Source: Rhodospirillaceae bacterium
GTDB taxonomy: Bacteria; Pseudomonadota; Alphaproteobacteria; SP197
Reading direction: 5' to 3'
Length of the DNA stretch: 34,032 bases
Assembly: GCA_018700655.1 (NCBI GenBank)
Contig: JABIUG010000525.1
Location: 1-34,032, forward strand
The notes under the pieces were generated by a model. It did not search any database. It had not been told where the DNA came from and saw only the letters and a list, made by a program, of their open reading frames with translations. The translations under genes and the position numbers were made by a program. Each line of letters begins with the position of its first letter. Positions within the stretch are counted from its first letter, which is position 1. Positions 1-9,672 of this stretch are shown here, one piece after another.

Positions 1-1
1 A

Positions 2-1507
2 GTAGGATGTCGAGACCGAGACCCTGATGCGATGGCCCGCAGGGAATGACCACGCCATGTCATTGAGCAACACCTCGACGTCGACCGGCTGATCAACCGG
101 CATGTCGGTAATGTCTTCATGGTCGTCGCGATGGGTGAGATTATAAATCTGGTAGGTAACCCTCGCGGCAGTTTCATCGGGCGCGACATCAACCAGGCGA
201 ACGGCAATAAAGCCCTGAGGTTTGTCGATCGAGAGTTTCAGTTTGACAACCGGCTGGCCCATGAACTCGAACCGCTCGTCGAGCGGCTCTGTCTCGAAGA
301 CAAGAGAACGGCCGTCATCCTCACTCTGGTCGATCGCCAGGTCGGGGCTGGACCCGCCCAGGCCGTAAGGGCACCAATTGCCTGCCGCGACCCCAACCGA
401 CTGCCGTGGCTTGACGGTACGTGGCGCATTGCCATCCGACATCAGGGCCCAGGACCGCGAACCAACGTTGGGCGAGGGCCAGATCGCCTCGTCGACCCAA
501 CGTCCTTGCGTCATCTTGAGCATCGCGTCAGGCACGGTGGGTTCGCGCATCCAGACCCGGTACATCGGGTCATCCATGATCCCGTTGTCGACGCCTTTGA
601 GCCAGTGGTCCCACCAACGCAGGCTCTCCTGTAGCCAGCCGATCGCCGGGCCGGGAATTCCGATATGCGGGTACTTGTGGCCCCAGGGGCCGACCAGTCC
701 CTTGCGCGGGCCCTTCAGATGCTTGAGCAGACGCGGCACCGCGTTGGAATAACCGTCCTCCCAGCCGCCAACCGCGAAAACCGCGCAATCGATGTCGTCG
801 TAATTCTCGCAGACCGAGCCGTGCCTCCAATAGTCATCGCGCCGCTGGTGCTGAAGCCAGATGGTCGAGGCAACAGGTTCCCAGCCTTCCATCCGTTCCA
901 TCCACTGCTTGCGCCAGCCATCACCCTGGATCTCGGGATCACCGGGGCGGGCCATGAACTGGAAGAAACCTCCGCCCCAGAACCAGTTGTCGAGCGGAAT
1001 TGCGCCACCCATGAAATGCACGTCATCGGCATAACGGTCATCGGTCGAACAATGGGTGATGATCGCCTTGAGTGCCGGCGGTCGAAGCGCACCAACCTGC
1101 AGCCCGTTGAAACCGCCCCAGGAAATGCCGGTCATCCCGACGGTCCCCGAACACCAGCTCTGTTCTGCGAACCAGGCGATCGCGTCAAACCCGTCCTGCA
1201 GTTCCTGCCGGGTGTATTCGTCGGTGATCTGGCCTTCGGATTCGCCGGTGCCGCGAATATCGAGCCGGATGCATGCATAGCCATGGCCAGCCCACCAGCC
1301 GTGCATCGAATCGTCGCGCATGCGCGTGCCATCGCGCTTTCGGTAGGGAATGTATTCCAGGATCACCGGCACCGGATCATCTTCGGCGTCTTCGGGCATC
1401 CAGATCCGGGCCGACAGCCGCGTTCCATCAGGCATCGGAACCCAGAGATGTTCGATCTCGTGCACTTTGCGCGGGACGTCCGTCACGATTTTGAGTTCGT
1501 CTGCCAT
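2..1507 (-). CDS. CocE/NonD family hydrolase (S15 X-Pro dipeptidyl-peptidase-like), partial; C-terminus runs off the left edge
   Basis: Not in the ORF track because no stop lies in the window. My reverse-strand translation from the ATG at 1507 gives MADELKIVTDVPRKVHEIEHLWVPMPDGTRLSARIWMPEDAEDDPVPVILEYIPYRKRDGTR...GISWGGFNGLQ. This aligns residue by residue with the 672-aa ORF at 25085..27103. The frame is still open at position 2, where it reads ...AGHRIRVSVSTSY (paralogue: AGHRIAVSVSSTY). A GAAGGAAGG RBS lies upstream of the ATG. Confidence 0.85.
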   Translation of the reverse strand, partial: MADELKIVTDVPRKVHEIEHLWVPMPDGTRLSARIWMPEDAEDDPVPVILEYIPYRKRDGTRMRDDSMHGWWAGHGYACIRLDIRGTGESEGQITDEYTRQELQDGFDAIAWFAEQSWCSGTVGMTGISWGGFNGLQVGALRPPALKAIITHCSTDDRYADDVHFMGGAIPLDNWFWGGGFFQFMARPGDPEIQGDGWRKQWMERMEGWEPVASTIWLQHQRRDDYWRHGSVCENYDDIDCAVFAVGGWEDGYSNAVPRLLKHLKGPRKGLVGPWGHKYPHIGIPGPAIGWLQESLRWWDHWLKGVDNGIMDDPMYRVWMREPTVPDAMLKMTQGRWVDEAIWPSPNVGSRSWALMSDGNAPRTVKPRQSVGVAAGNWCPYGLGGSSPDLAIDQSEDDGRSLVFETEPLDERFEFMGQPVVKLKLSIDKPQGFIAVRLVDVAPDETAARVTYQIYNLTHRDDHEDITDMPVDQPVDVEVLLNDMAWSFPAGHRIRVSVSTSY

Positions 1508-1566
1508 CGCCGCTTCGCCTTCCTTCGTTAAAGGTCATCCCGATAGCCCAGGGCAGGAGCCAACCC

Positions 1567-2139
1567 TCAGATTCTCCGGGCACCCTGCTCGGTGACGACC
1601 CAGTCCAGGCGCGCATCATGGTCGTCATGCGGCACGTGGTCGACCTCAAGCCCCGCAAAACAGACTCCAACCGCCATTGTATCGGGATTTCGTTTGCGCA
1701 GCGCGGCAAGCGTCCGATCATAGAACCCGCCACCATAGCCCAACCTGAAGCCGTCACTGTCGTACGCCATCATCGGCACCAGCAACAATTCCGGCTCAAC
1801 CTTCGCGGCATCCAGCGGTGGTGTCGGAATACCCATGGCGCCTTCGACCATGGCGCATTCGGGCGTCCACTCGAGAAAGGTCAACGCTGTCGCCTTGGCC
1901 GTAACCAGCGGCATGCCCACAATGTGGCCCAGCAGATCGGCGACCTCGGCAAACGGCAGCACGTCGAACTCGTCCTTCACCGGCAGATAGGCCGAGATGA
2001 CGGCATCGTCGGGGAATCCGATGGCGTTGAGAAAATGATCGCAGGCCAGTTCACCGGCCTGCGGCAGGGCGGCGTGAAGCGCCTTGCGTTTATTCAGGCA
2101 TTCAGCGCGCAGCTCTGCCTTGTCGTTGTCGATCGTCAT
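1567..2139 (-). CDS. ygfA: 5-formyltetrahydrofolate cyclo-ligase
   Basis: 190 aa. The C-terminal LLLVPMMAYDSDGFRLGYGGGFYDRTL motif is typical of the MTHFS family. It sits downstream of zapA and a 6S-like RNA, as in the E. coli zapA-ssrS-ygfA arrangement. Confidence 0.85.
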   Translation of the reverse strand: MTIDNDKAELRAECLNKRKALHAALPQAGELACDHFLNAIGFPDDAVISAYLPVKDEFDVLPFAEVADLLGHIVGMPLVTAKATALTFLEWTPECAMVEGAMGIPTPPLDAAKVEPELLLVPMMAYDSDGFRLGYGGGFYDRTLAALRKRNPDTMAVGVCFAGLEVDHVPHDDHDARLDWVVTEQGARRI

Positions 2140-2149
2140 GGGAAGAGTT

Positions 2150-2322
2150 GTGGGGCGGCACCGCCATGGCCGTCAACCATTACGCATTCCACCGTGACCT
2201 GCTTTTGCAGGTGGGCGCCGTAATAACGAGGGCACACCCCCGCCAGGGACAGCTCCCGGGTAATATGCATTGGCCCCAGGGAATTAGTAGATCAACGCAC
2301 CGGGCAGACGACCGCCCCGGAG
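2150..2322 (-). ncRNA. ssrS: putative 6S RNA
   Basis: Non-coding gap of 264 nt between the zapA stop (2404) and the ygfA start (2139), on the same strand as both. The minus-strand 5' CCGGGGCGGUCGUC pairs with the 3' GACGGC...CCGCCCC to form a long closing stem. An internal perfect hairpin ACCUGC-AAAA-GCAGGU lies at 2197-2212. A TAATAG -10-like hexamer (2328-2333) sits about 7 nt upstream of the proposed 5' end. The ends are approximate. Confidence 0.6.
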
Positions 2323-2403
2323 ACTTTCTATTACAGATTTCAGGAGAACGATATCGCTAGAGCAGATTGACAGCAGATTCGGGCCGGTCAGACGCAGGGG
2401 TAG

Positions 2404-2727
2404 TCAGGAGGCCTCAAGCCGTTCTGCCAGCTTGTCGAGCCGTTCCGCCAGGGCTTCGATCGACGACGCTCGCTTGCCGCTGCCGTTATCGGCCTTGGGT
2501 CCGCCGGCTTTCGGCGTTCCGCCTTCGCGCTGTTCCCAGAGCTCATCGGCCAGCAGCAGGCTCACCATCACCAGCAGCCGCTGATCACCGACATTGCCCA
2601 AAGCGCCGACCAGTTCCTGAACCTTGCTGTCGACATAGGAAGCAAGCCCGGCGATGCGTTCCTCTTCGCCATCGCCGCATGCCACCTGATAGCTGCGCCC
2701 GTGAATCTGGACATTGACCTGGGCCAT
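2404..2727 (-). CDS. zapA: cell division protein ZapA
   Basis: 107 aa. The N-terminus VNVQIHGRSYQVACGDGEEERIAGLASYVDSKVQEL and the following LLVMVSLLLADEL match the ZapA fold pattern. A GGGGAG RBS is present. The gene lies upstream of the 6S RNA and ygfA. Confidence 0.85.
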   Translation of the reverse strand: MAQVNVQIHGRSYQVACGDGEEERIAGLASYVDSKVQELVGALGNVGDQRLLVMVSLLLADELWEQREGGTPKAGGPKADNGSGKRASSIEALAERLDKLAERLEAS

Positions 2728-2730
2728 CGC

Positions 2731-2979
2731 CTAACTCCCCAGCACGGATTTGAGTTCGCCAATCACACCGTCGAGTCGCCCGCTGACGTCGATCACGCGC
2801 CCTTCAAGGTCCTTGTGGTCCTTTTTGGCGCTGTCGAGTGCGGTGCTCAAACGGCGATTCTCGCCTTCCAGTTCCTGCAAAGCTTCTCCGTCCGTCCCAT
2901 TGGACAAACGAGTCAGTGCCGCCTCCAGACGTGTGATCGCCTGGTCGAGCTTCGCGATGGCTTTATCCTCGGTGCTCAT
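2731..2979 (-). CDS. small coiled-coil protein (DUF4164-like), upstream partner of zapA
   Basis: The track ORF 2731..3324 is over-extended. The ATG at 2979 gives an 82-aa heptad-rich protein (MSTEDKAIAKLDQAITRLEAALTRL...). Its stop is 3 nt before the zapA start. The family name comes from memory of alphaproteobacterial zapA neighbourhoods. Confidence 0.6.
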   Translation of the reverse strand: MSTEDKAIAKLDQAITRLEAALTRLSNGTDGEALQELEGENRRLSTALDSAKKDHKDLEGRVIDVSGRLDGVIGELKSVLGS

Positions 2980-3178
2980 TGTCTGCCTTGGATCAATACC
3001 TTGCCGCCGGTTCCAAAGATAACGGCTTATCGACCTTGGATAAAGCGACTCTGGACAACTGTCGAATCGGAACGTTCTTGGGCCAACATGCCGGTTGACG
3101 CTCTGGGACGGCAAAGCCAAGGTGCGCCGGGATCGGATCAGGCCTTCTGGGGGCCTCCATTTGCCGGAGAAAACGGAC

Positions 3179-5170
3179 GTGAACGACAGCGCGACGGGCC
3201 AGGTTTCGGAACGTGCGATGGCCAACGCCATTCGCACCCTTGCAATGGATGCCGTACAGGCAGCCAAAAGCGGACACCCCGGCATGCCCATGGGCATGGC
3301 CGATGTCGCTACGGTTCTGTTCACCCGATATCTGAAATACGACCCGGCAGATCCCGCCTGGCCGGACCGCGACCGCTTCGTTCTCTCGGCAGGTCACGGC
3401 TCCATGCTGATCTATGCCCTGCTCCATCTCACCGGCTATGCCGACATGACGATGGACGAGATCCGCAATTTCCGTCAGCTCGGCAGCAAAACCGCCGGTC
3501 ATCCCGAATACGGCCATGCGGCAGGCATCGAGATGACCACCGGGCCATTGGGTCAGGGCGTCGCGACAGCCGTCGGCATGGCGCTGGCCGAACGCATACT
3601 CGCCGCCCGATTCGGTGACATCGTCGATCACGACACCTATGTCATCGCAGGTGACGGCTGCCTGATGGAAGGCGTCAGTCACGAAGCGGCCTCGCTCGCG
3701 GGTCATCTCAAGCTCAATCGCCTGATCGTGCTGTTTGACAACAATCAGATCTCGATCGACGGTCCGACCTCCCTTTCGGAGTCCGACGACACGCTGAAAC
3801 GTTTCGATGCGTATGGTTGGGCGACCGAGCGGGTCGACGGCCACGATCACGACGCCGTTGGCGCCGCCATCGAGCGCGCCAAGACAAGCGACAAACCAAG
3901 CCTGATCGCCTGCCGCACCGTGATCGGTTACGGCGCACCGACCAAGGAAGGCACCTCGGCAACCCACGGCGCGCCCCTGGGCGACGAAGAAATCGCCGGG
4001 ACCCGCGCCAAACTTGACTGGCCCTGGGAACCGTTTGTGATTCCCAACGATATTCTTTCGGCCTGGCGCGCTGCCGGTGGCCGGGGCGCCGCAACCCGCG
4101 CTTCCTGGGAGACCGCGCTGGCCGCACTTGACGCCGGCACCCGCGATGAGTTCACCCGCCGCATGGCAGGCGATGTCTCCGCATCGGCCCGCAAGGCGAC
4201 CGCCGACCACATTGCCGCCCTGATCGCCGAACCCAAGACAGTCGCAACACGCAAGGCCAGCGAACTGGCCCTTGAGGCGCTCACTGCCACCCTGCCCGAG
4301 ATGGTCGGCGGCTCGGCCGACCTCACCGGTTCCAACAACACACGCACCAAACCGATGAAAGACGTGGCTCCGGGTGACTATGACGGCTCCTACATCCGCT
4401 ACGGAGTGCGCGAACACGGTATGGCCGCCGCCATGTCTGGCATGGCGCTCCACGGCGGCATCATTCCCTTCGGCGGCACCTTCCTGGTGTTCACCGATTA
4501 CTGCCGCCCCTCGATTCGCCTGGCGGCACTCATGGGCCTGCGGGTTATCTATGTCATGACCCATGACTCGATCGGTCTGGGCGAAGATGGCCCGACCCAC
4601 CAACCGGTCGAACATCTCGCCAGCCTGCGTGTCATTCCCAACCTCAACGTCTTCCGTCCCGCCGATGTCGTCGAAACGGCAGAGTGCTGGGAGCTCGCCC
4701 TAGATGCCCGCAGCACGCCTTCGGTCATCGCACTGACGCGCCAGAACCTGCCGCAGGTCCGCACGGAAGCGGTCGACGGCAACCTCTGCGCCAAGGGTGC
4801 TTATGTCCTGCGTGACGCCGACGGGGACCATCAAGCCACAATCCTCGCCAGCGGCTCGGAAATCGAAATCGCCCTGGCCGCGCGCGACACCCTGCAGGCC
4901 GATAGTGTCGGCACCCGGGTAGTCTCCGTGCCCAGTTGGGAACTTTTCGCCCAACAGGATGACGCCTACCGCGCTGAGGTCGTCGACACTTCCAAGGCCC
5001 TGGTTGCGGTCGAGGCTGCTTCGACATTTGGCTGGTCACAACTGGTCGGTGACAAGGGCGGCGTCGTCGGCATGACCGGCTTTGGCGCTTCGGCACCGAT
5101 CAAGGCGCTTTATGAGAGCTTTGGCATCACACCCCAGGCGGTCGTCGCAGCAGTGCGCGAACGCCTCTAG
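3179..5170 (+). CDS. tkt: transketolase
   Basis: [35 protein letters not shown]; ThDP motif [13 protein letters not shown]; about 660 aa. I prefer the GTG at 3179, which is preceded by GGAGA with 8-nt spacing. The longest ORF starts at the TTG at 3095, in the same frame. Confidence 0.95.
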   Translation: MNDSATGQVSERAMANAIRTLAMDAVQAAKSGHPGMPMGMADVATVLFTRYLKYDPADPAWPDRDRFVLSAGHGSMLIYALLHLTGYADMTMDEIRNFRQLGSKTAGHPEYGHAAGIEMTTGPLGQGVATAVGMALAERILAARFGDIVDHDTYVIAGDGCLMEGVSHEAASLAGHLKLNRLIVLFDNNQISIDGPTSLSESDDTLKRFDAYGWATERVDGHDHDAVGAAIERAKTSDKPSLIACRTVIGYGAPTKEGTSATHGAPLGDEEIAGTRAKLDWPWEPFVIPNDILSAWRAAGGRGAATRASWETALAALDAGTRDEFTRRMAGDVSASARKATADHIAALIAEPKTVATRKASELALEALTATLPEMVGGSADLTGSNNTRTKPMKDVAPGDYDGSYIRYGVREHGMAAAMSGMALHGGIIPFGGTFLVFTDYCRPSIRLAALMGLRVIYVMTHDSIGLGEDGPTHQPVEHLASLRVIPNLNVFRPADVVETAECWELALDARSTPSVIALTRQNLPQVRTEAVDGNLCAKGAYVLRDADGDHQATILASGSEIEIALAARDTLQADSVGTRVVSVPSWELFAQQDDAYRAEVVDTSKALVAVEAASTFGWSQLVGDKGGVVGMTGFGASAPIKALYESFGITPQAVVAAVRERL

Positions 5171-5265
5171 ATCCGCCAGGGCCAAGCCGACAAGACGACA
5201 TCGCGTGATCTGGAATAGGATCGAGCCATCAGGTTGGAGACCGCCACAATAGTTGCCTCAGGATT

Positions 5266-5984
5266 TTGCTGCCCGCTCTCCTCGTCCTCGCCTCGGCCCG
5301 CGCGGTGCTGGCCGATACGCTGGAGCCATTAACGGTAGCAGTTGGCCTTTCGCTTCCGCCCTATGTCATCGCCGAGGAACGGCGAGGCATGGAATACGAC
5401 ATTGTCCGTGAAGCTCTCGAGGCGGCCAGTTTCAAGATGGTCCCGATTTTCATGGCCTTCGGCGCCGTGCCCGAGGCAATCGCCGCCGGAGAGGTGGAGG
5501 CGGCCATGACCTTTGGCGCCGATACCGAGTTCGACGTCGCGCTTTCGGCGGTCCACATCGTTTACCACAATCAGGCCATGACGCTGGCGAGCAGCGGCCT
5601 TGCGATCGACCGGATCGGCGACCTCGAGGGCAAATCGATCCTCGCCTTTCAGAACGCCACGCTTTACCTGCCGGCCCTTACCGCGATGCCGTCGCCGATA
5701 ACCCGGACTATGCCGAAGTTGCCGAGCAATACCGCCAGAACCTCGCGCTCTTCACCGGCGAGGTTGAAGTCGCAGTTGCCGACATCAACATTTTCAACTG
5801 GTTCAGCCATGACAGCCGCGTCACATCTGCTTACGACGCCGATCACGCAATCTTCCCGCCGACGCCCTACCATGTCGCCTTCATCTCCGATGGCGCCCGC
5901 GATGCCTTCGATCAGGCGCTCGAAGCCATGAAGGCATCGGGTCGCTACGACGAGATCATCGCTGCCTATGGCGGTGTGCAATAG
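5266..5984 (+). pseudogene. periplasmic solute-binding protein (family-3 SBP-like), frameshifted
   Basis: The frame from the TTG at 5266 gives a signal-like N-terminus and SBP-like sequence up to ...GKSILAFQNATLYL. It then degenerates into S/P/T/R-rich text. The adjacent frame continues sensibly as AGPYRDAVADNPDYAEVAEQYRQNLALFTGEVEVAVADINIFNWF...ASGRYDEIIAAYGGVQ, ending at the stop at 5982-5984. This implies a single 1-nt indel near 5665-5672. Confidence 0.7.
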
Positions 5985-6087
5985 CGGGCCATCCCCAACG
6001 CAGTTTGACCCCCGTGCGCGCCGTCGTTAGGAAGGCCGCAATCATTCACCAGCCCGCTGCACCAAAGGCGCAGCCCGGAGGTTCAGC

Positions 6088-7095
6088 ATGACCATTCGTG
6101 TCGGTATCAATGGATTCGGTCGTATTGGCCGCCTTGTGTTTCGCGCCGCCATGGAGGCTAAACGCAAGGATATTGAGTTTGTTGCGATCAACGATCTGGG
6201 ATCGGCTGAGGCCAATGCCAGACTGTTGAAGTACGACTCGGTGCACGGTGCCTATCCCGGCAAGATCAGCTCGACCAAGAATACCATCCGGGTCGACGGC
6301 AAGAGCGTGCGCGTTCTGGCCGAGCGCAATCCGGCCGATCTGCCCTGGGGCGATCTCGGCGTCGATATCGTGTTCGAATGCACCGGCATCTTTGCTTCGA
6401 AGGAAAAGGCCTCGGCCCATCTCGCCGCCGGCGCAAAGAAGGTCCTGGTTTCGGCCCCGGCATCGGGTGCCGACATCACCGTGGTCTACGGCATCAACCA
6501 CAACAAGATGCGCAAGAGCCACACGGTCATCTCCAACGCTTCGTGCACGACCAACTGCCTGGCTCCGGTTGCCGCGATCCTCGACGAAACCGTCGGCATC
6601 AAACACGGCTTCATGACGACCATCCACGCCTTCACCGGTGATCAGCGCACGGTCGACACCCTGCACGCCGATCCCCATCGCGCACGCGCCGCCTCGGTTT
6701 CGATGATCCCGACCTCGACCGGTGCCGCCAAGGCCGTCGGCCTGGTCCTGCCCCAGCTCGACGGCAAGCTTGATGGCACCTCGATCCGTGTGCCCACGCC
6801 CAATGTCAGCCTGATCGATTTCAAGATCGAGGCGAAGAAGGACACCACGCCCGAAGCGATCAACGCCGCCATGGTCAAGGCGTCCAAAGGCAAGCTCAAA
6901 GGTGTTCTGGCAATCAACGACGAGCCGCTGGTCTCGATCGACTTCAACCACAATCCCGCCAGCTCGACCTTCGATGTCGGGCAGACCAAGGTGATCGACA
7001 AACGTCTTGTCCGTGTCCTTGCCTGGTATGACAACGAGTGGGGTTTCTCGAACCGCATGAGCGACACCGCCGTCGCCCTCGGCAAGCTGCTCTAA
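6088..7095 (+). CDS. gap: type I glyceraldehyde-3-phosphate dehydrogenase
   Basis: INGFGRIGR Rossmann motif and catalytic [12 protein letters not shown]; 335 aa. A GGAGG RBS lies 6 nt upstream of the ATG. Confidence 0.97.
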   Translation: MTIRVGINGFGRIGRLVFRAAMEAKRKDIEFVAINDLGSAEANARLLKYDSVHGAYPGKISSTKNTIRVDGKSVRVLAERNPADLPWGDLGVDIVFECTGIFASKEKASAHLAAGAKKVLVSAPASGADITVVYGINHNKMRKSHTVISNASCTTNCLAPVAAILDETVGIKHGFMTTIHAFTGDQRTVDTLHADPHRARAASVSMIPTSTGAAKAVGLVLPQLDGKLDGTSIRVPTPNVSLIDFKIEAKKDTTPEAINAAMVKASKGKLKGVLAINDEPLVSIDFNHNPASSTFDVGQTKVIDKRLVRVLAWYDNEWGFSNRMSDTAVALGKLL

Positions 7096-7105
7096 GGCGG
7101 TATCC

Positions 7106-8305
7106 GTGAGCGCTTTCCGCACGCTGGATGATCTCGCGGTCGCCGGCAAGAAGGTCCTTGTTCGTCTCGACCTCAATGTTCCCATGAAGGACGGCAGGGT
7201 CACCGACAGCACGCGCATCGAACGTGCCATGCCGACCGTGTGCGAACTCACACAGGCCGGTGCGCGCGTCGTGATCCTGTGCCACTTCGGTCGACCGAAG
7301 GGTCAGATTGTCCCGGAATTGTCGCTCGCTCCTGTGGCAGAAGCGGCATCGGTCGCCCTTGGACAACCGGTTGCCTTTGCGACCGATTGCACAGGCCCGG
7401 CGTCACACACGGTCGTGGCGGCGATGGCAGATGGTGATGTCGCCATGCTCGAAAACCTGCGATTCGAGGCTGGCGAGGAAGGCAACGATGCCGGCTTTGC
7501 CGATGCACTGGCGGCACATGGCGACATCTTCGTGAACGAAGCCTTTTCTGCCGCGCACCGCGCCCACGCTTCGGTCGTCGGGCTGCCGGCACGTCTGCCG
7601 TCGGCTGCCGGGCGTCTGATGCAGCAGGAACTCGAAGCCCTCGGCAGCGCTCTTGGAAAACCAGCGCGCCCGCTTGCCGCGGTGGTCGGCGGCGCCAAGG
7701 TTTCGACCAAACTCGACCTGCTCGGCAACCTCGTGGCTAAGGTCGATCTGCTCGCGATCGGCGGCGGCATGGCCAACACCTTCCTTGCCGCACAGGGCAT
7801 CGAGGTCGGGGCTTCGCTGTGCGAACACGAGATGACCGGTACCGCGCGCGAGATCATGGCAAAAGCAAACGAAGCGGGATGCACGATCGTACTCCCGACC
7901 GATGCGATCGTTGCGGAACGGTTCGAATCGGGGGCACCTGCCGATGTGGTCCCGGTCGATGCCGTACCCGCCGGAAGCATGATCCTCGATGTCGGCCCCG
8001 CCAGCGCGAACGATCTGGCAACCCGTCTGGCCGATTGCCGCACCCTGGTCTGGAACGGCCCGATGGGCGCGTTCGAGCTCGAAGGATTTGACGGCGGCAC
8101 CAACACCGTGGCCCGGGCAGCTGCCGCACTGACGGCTGATGGCAAGCTGCTCTCGGTCGCCGGTGGCGGCGACACGGTTGCCGCGCTGGCTCATGCCGGA
8201 GCGCTCGAACGGTTTTCTTATGTCTCGACCGCCGGCGGCGCTTTTCTCGAGTGGCTCGAAGGCAAGGCCCTGCCCGGTGTCGCTGCCTTGGAATCAGCCG
8301 GCTGA
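7106..8305 (+). CDS. pgk: phosphoglycerate kinase
   Basis: 399 aa with a GTG start. [28 protein letters not shown] and the C-terminal [19 protein letters not shown] are canonical PGK motifs. Confidence 0.97.
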   Translation: MSAFRTLDDLAVAGKKVLVRLDLNVPMKDGRVTDSTRIERAMPTVCELTQAGARVVILCHFGRPKGQIVPELSLAPVAEAASVALGQPVAFATDCTGPASHTVVAAMADGDVAMLENLRFEAGEEGNDAGFADALAAHGDIFVNEAFSAAHRAHASVVGLPARLPSAAGRLMQQELEALGSALGKPARPLAAVVGGAKVSTKLDLLGNLVAKVDLLAIGGGMANTFLAAQGIEVGASLCEHEMTGTAREIMAKANEAGCTIVLPTDAIVAERFESGAPADVVPVDAVPAGSMILDVGPASANDLATRLADCRTLVWNGPMGAFELEGFDGGTNTVARAAAALTADGKLLSVAGGGDTVAALAHAGALERFSYVSTAGGAFLEWLEGKALPGVAALESAG

Positions 8306-8322
8306 TCGTTTCCGGCTTTCGC

Positions 8323-9672
8323 TTACGACAACCTCTGCCGCACCCGATCCAGCACATTCTGTGGCGGGCTTGCCTTGGTCCAGTCCGCGCGATCGCCATG
8401 ATGGATCGTCGCATCGATGCCAAGCTTGGAAATGACACCGTCTTTTTCCATCGGCTCGGCCCGATCGGCCTGCACGCCCGGCACCACGATCAGATCGCGT
8501 GCCGGGTCCATGCGATTTGCGACGGCATGTTCGACCGCAACCGGATCCCAGGGGTCGACATCGCCATCGACCACGGTGACCTGCTTGATCAGGTTGACCG
8601 CACCCCAGATCGCAAAGATCGCCTTGCGCGCAGCACCGGGCCGGGGCTGATCCAGACTGACCACCGCATGCAATCGCCCGGCACCACCTGCCGTCACGGC
8701 AACCTCGCGCAGAGATGAAACCGGGCCCCTCAGGCTGCGCGCCAGCCCGGCCGCAATCGCTTCAGCGCCCAGCAGAATGTGTTCAGCGCCATATCCCGGC
8801 AGGACACACTGGAAGATTGCATCGCTCCGCCGGGTCATGGATGAGAAGGTCACGACATAACCCGCGCCATAACGTTCATACATGCCGTGAAACTCGCTGA
8901 CAGGCCCCTCCTCGACGGTCTCGTCGGGGTCGAGCACACCTTCCAGGACGATCTCGCAATGGGCCGGCACCGCCAGATCAACCCCATGACACCGCACGGT
9001 CTCGAGCGGCTCTCCCAACAGCGCGCCGGCGACCTCCATCTCGTCATCGCCGAGACCAAGGTAAAAACACGCCGCCAGCATCACGGCGGGATGATTGCCC
9101 AGCGTCACGGCAATCTCCAACCGCTCGCCACGTTCCTTTGCTGCCCGTGCCAGAACAGCCAGATGGTGGTTGGGAGCAATGCCGATAAAAGCACGGTTGC
9201 CGCCAAGCGGCTTCAGCCGTGCAATCGAAAGATTGCCCCGGCCCGTCGCAGTATCCCTGGCGACGATCGCTCCGGCTGAAATATACGGTCCGGTTTCATG
9301 CTCAAAAAAAGTCGGGATCGGAAGCAGTTTCAGATCAGGATTCTCGATCACCACTTCCTGACAGGGCGCCTGTTCAACCCGGAACGGAGCTAACGGATAT
9401 CTCACCGCATCAATCAGCTTGCCCTGGAGGTCGTCCACTGACACGCCCAGTGCAGCCGCAGCTCTGGCACGAGTCGTCAGATGGTTTCCCGTCACCGGCT
9501 CTTCATGTCTGGCAACAGCCTCGAAGAGCAACGGCGATCCACCATCCTGTTCAATCAGATAGGCCGCAATCTCGTGAACCGGGTCTACCGATTCGCCGAC
9601 GCGAACGAGGTCACCTTCGGCTTCACGATCGGCAATCCAGGCGCGCATGGATTGGCGGTGATGTTTGGTCAA
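8323..9672 (-). CDS. UbiD-family (prFMN-dependent) decarboxylase homologue
   Basis: 449 aa. The N-terminal MRAWIADREAEGDLVRVGESVDPVHEIAA, then NLSIARLKP, and EEGPVSEFHGMY (compare the UbiD EGPFGE-x-x-G-x-Y motif). The TTG start is preceded by AGGAGA and overlaps the upstream stop (TTGA). Confidence 0.85.
   Translation of the reverse strand: MTKHHRQSMRAWIADREAEGDLVRVGESVDPVHEIAAYLIEQDGGSPLLFEAVARHEEPVTGNHLTTRARAAAALGVSVDDLQGKLIDAVRYPLAPFRVEQAPCQEVVIENPDLKLLPIPTFFEHETGPYISAGAIVARDTATGRGNLSIARLKPLGGNRAFIGIAPNHHLAVLARAAKERGERLEIAVTLGNHPAVMLAACFYLGLGDDEMEVAGALLGEPLETVRCHGVDLAVPAHCEIVLEGVLDPDETVEEGPVSEFHGMYERYGAGYVVTFSSMTRRSDAIFQCVLPGYGAEHILLGAEAIAAGLARSLRGPVSSLREVAVTAGGAGRLHAVVSLDQPRPGAARKAIFAIWGAVNLIKQVTVVDGDVDPWDPVAVEHAVANRMDPARDLIVVPGVQADRAEPMEKDGVISKLGIDATIHHGDRADWTKASPPQNVLDRVRQRLS

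Noticed and set aside
2980-3324. N-terminal extension of the 2731..3324 ORF (197 aa)
   Set aside because: The extension has non-coding-like composition and would run through the tkt upstream region. The internal ATG at 2979 yields a compact coiled-coil protein that matches the zapA-partner architecture.
2993-4615. 540-aa ORF antisense to transketolase. Similar long antisense ORFs occur at 665..1531, 6046..7251, 7303..8175, 12715..13707, 23231..24679 and 25058..26125.
   Set aside because: Each one lies fully opposite a gene with unmistakable family motifs (tkt, CocE/NonD, gap, pgk, fba, MlrC-like). Their translations are Arg/Gly/Ala/Pro-rich with no recognisable motifs. Long stop-free antisense frames are expected in GC-rich DNA.
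6005-6033. TTGACC-N17-TAGGAA promoter-like pair upstream of gap
   Set aside because: The -35 element is good, but the -10 matches the consensus at only about 3 of 6 positions. It cannot be supported without transcription-start data.
7920-7929. GGTTCGAATC, a tRNA T-arm-like sequence
   Set aside because: It lies in frame inside the pgk coding sequence (...AERFESGAP...). No acceptor, D-arm or anticodon structure surrounds it.
8296-8320. Possible bidirectional terminator hairpin (AGCCGG-N10-CCGGCU-UUU) between the convergent pgk and UbiD-like genes
   Set aside because: The stem is only 6 bp with a 10-nt loop, and it overlaps the pgk stop codon. That is too weak to call an intrinsic terminator without folding energies or 3'-end data.
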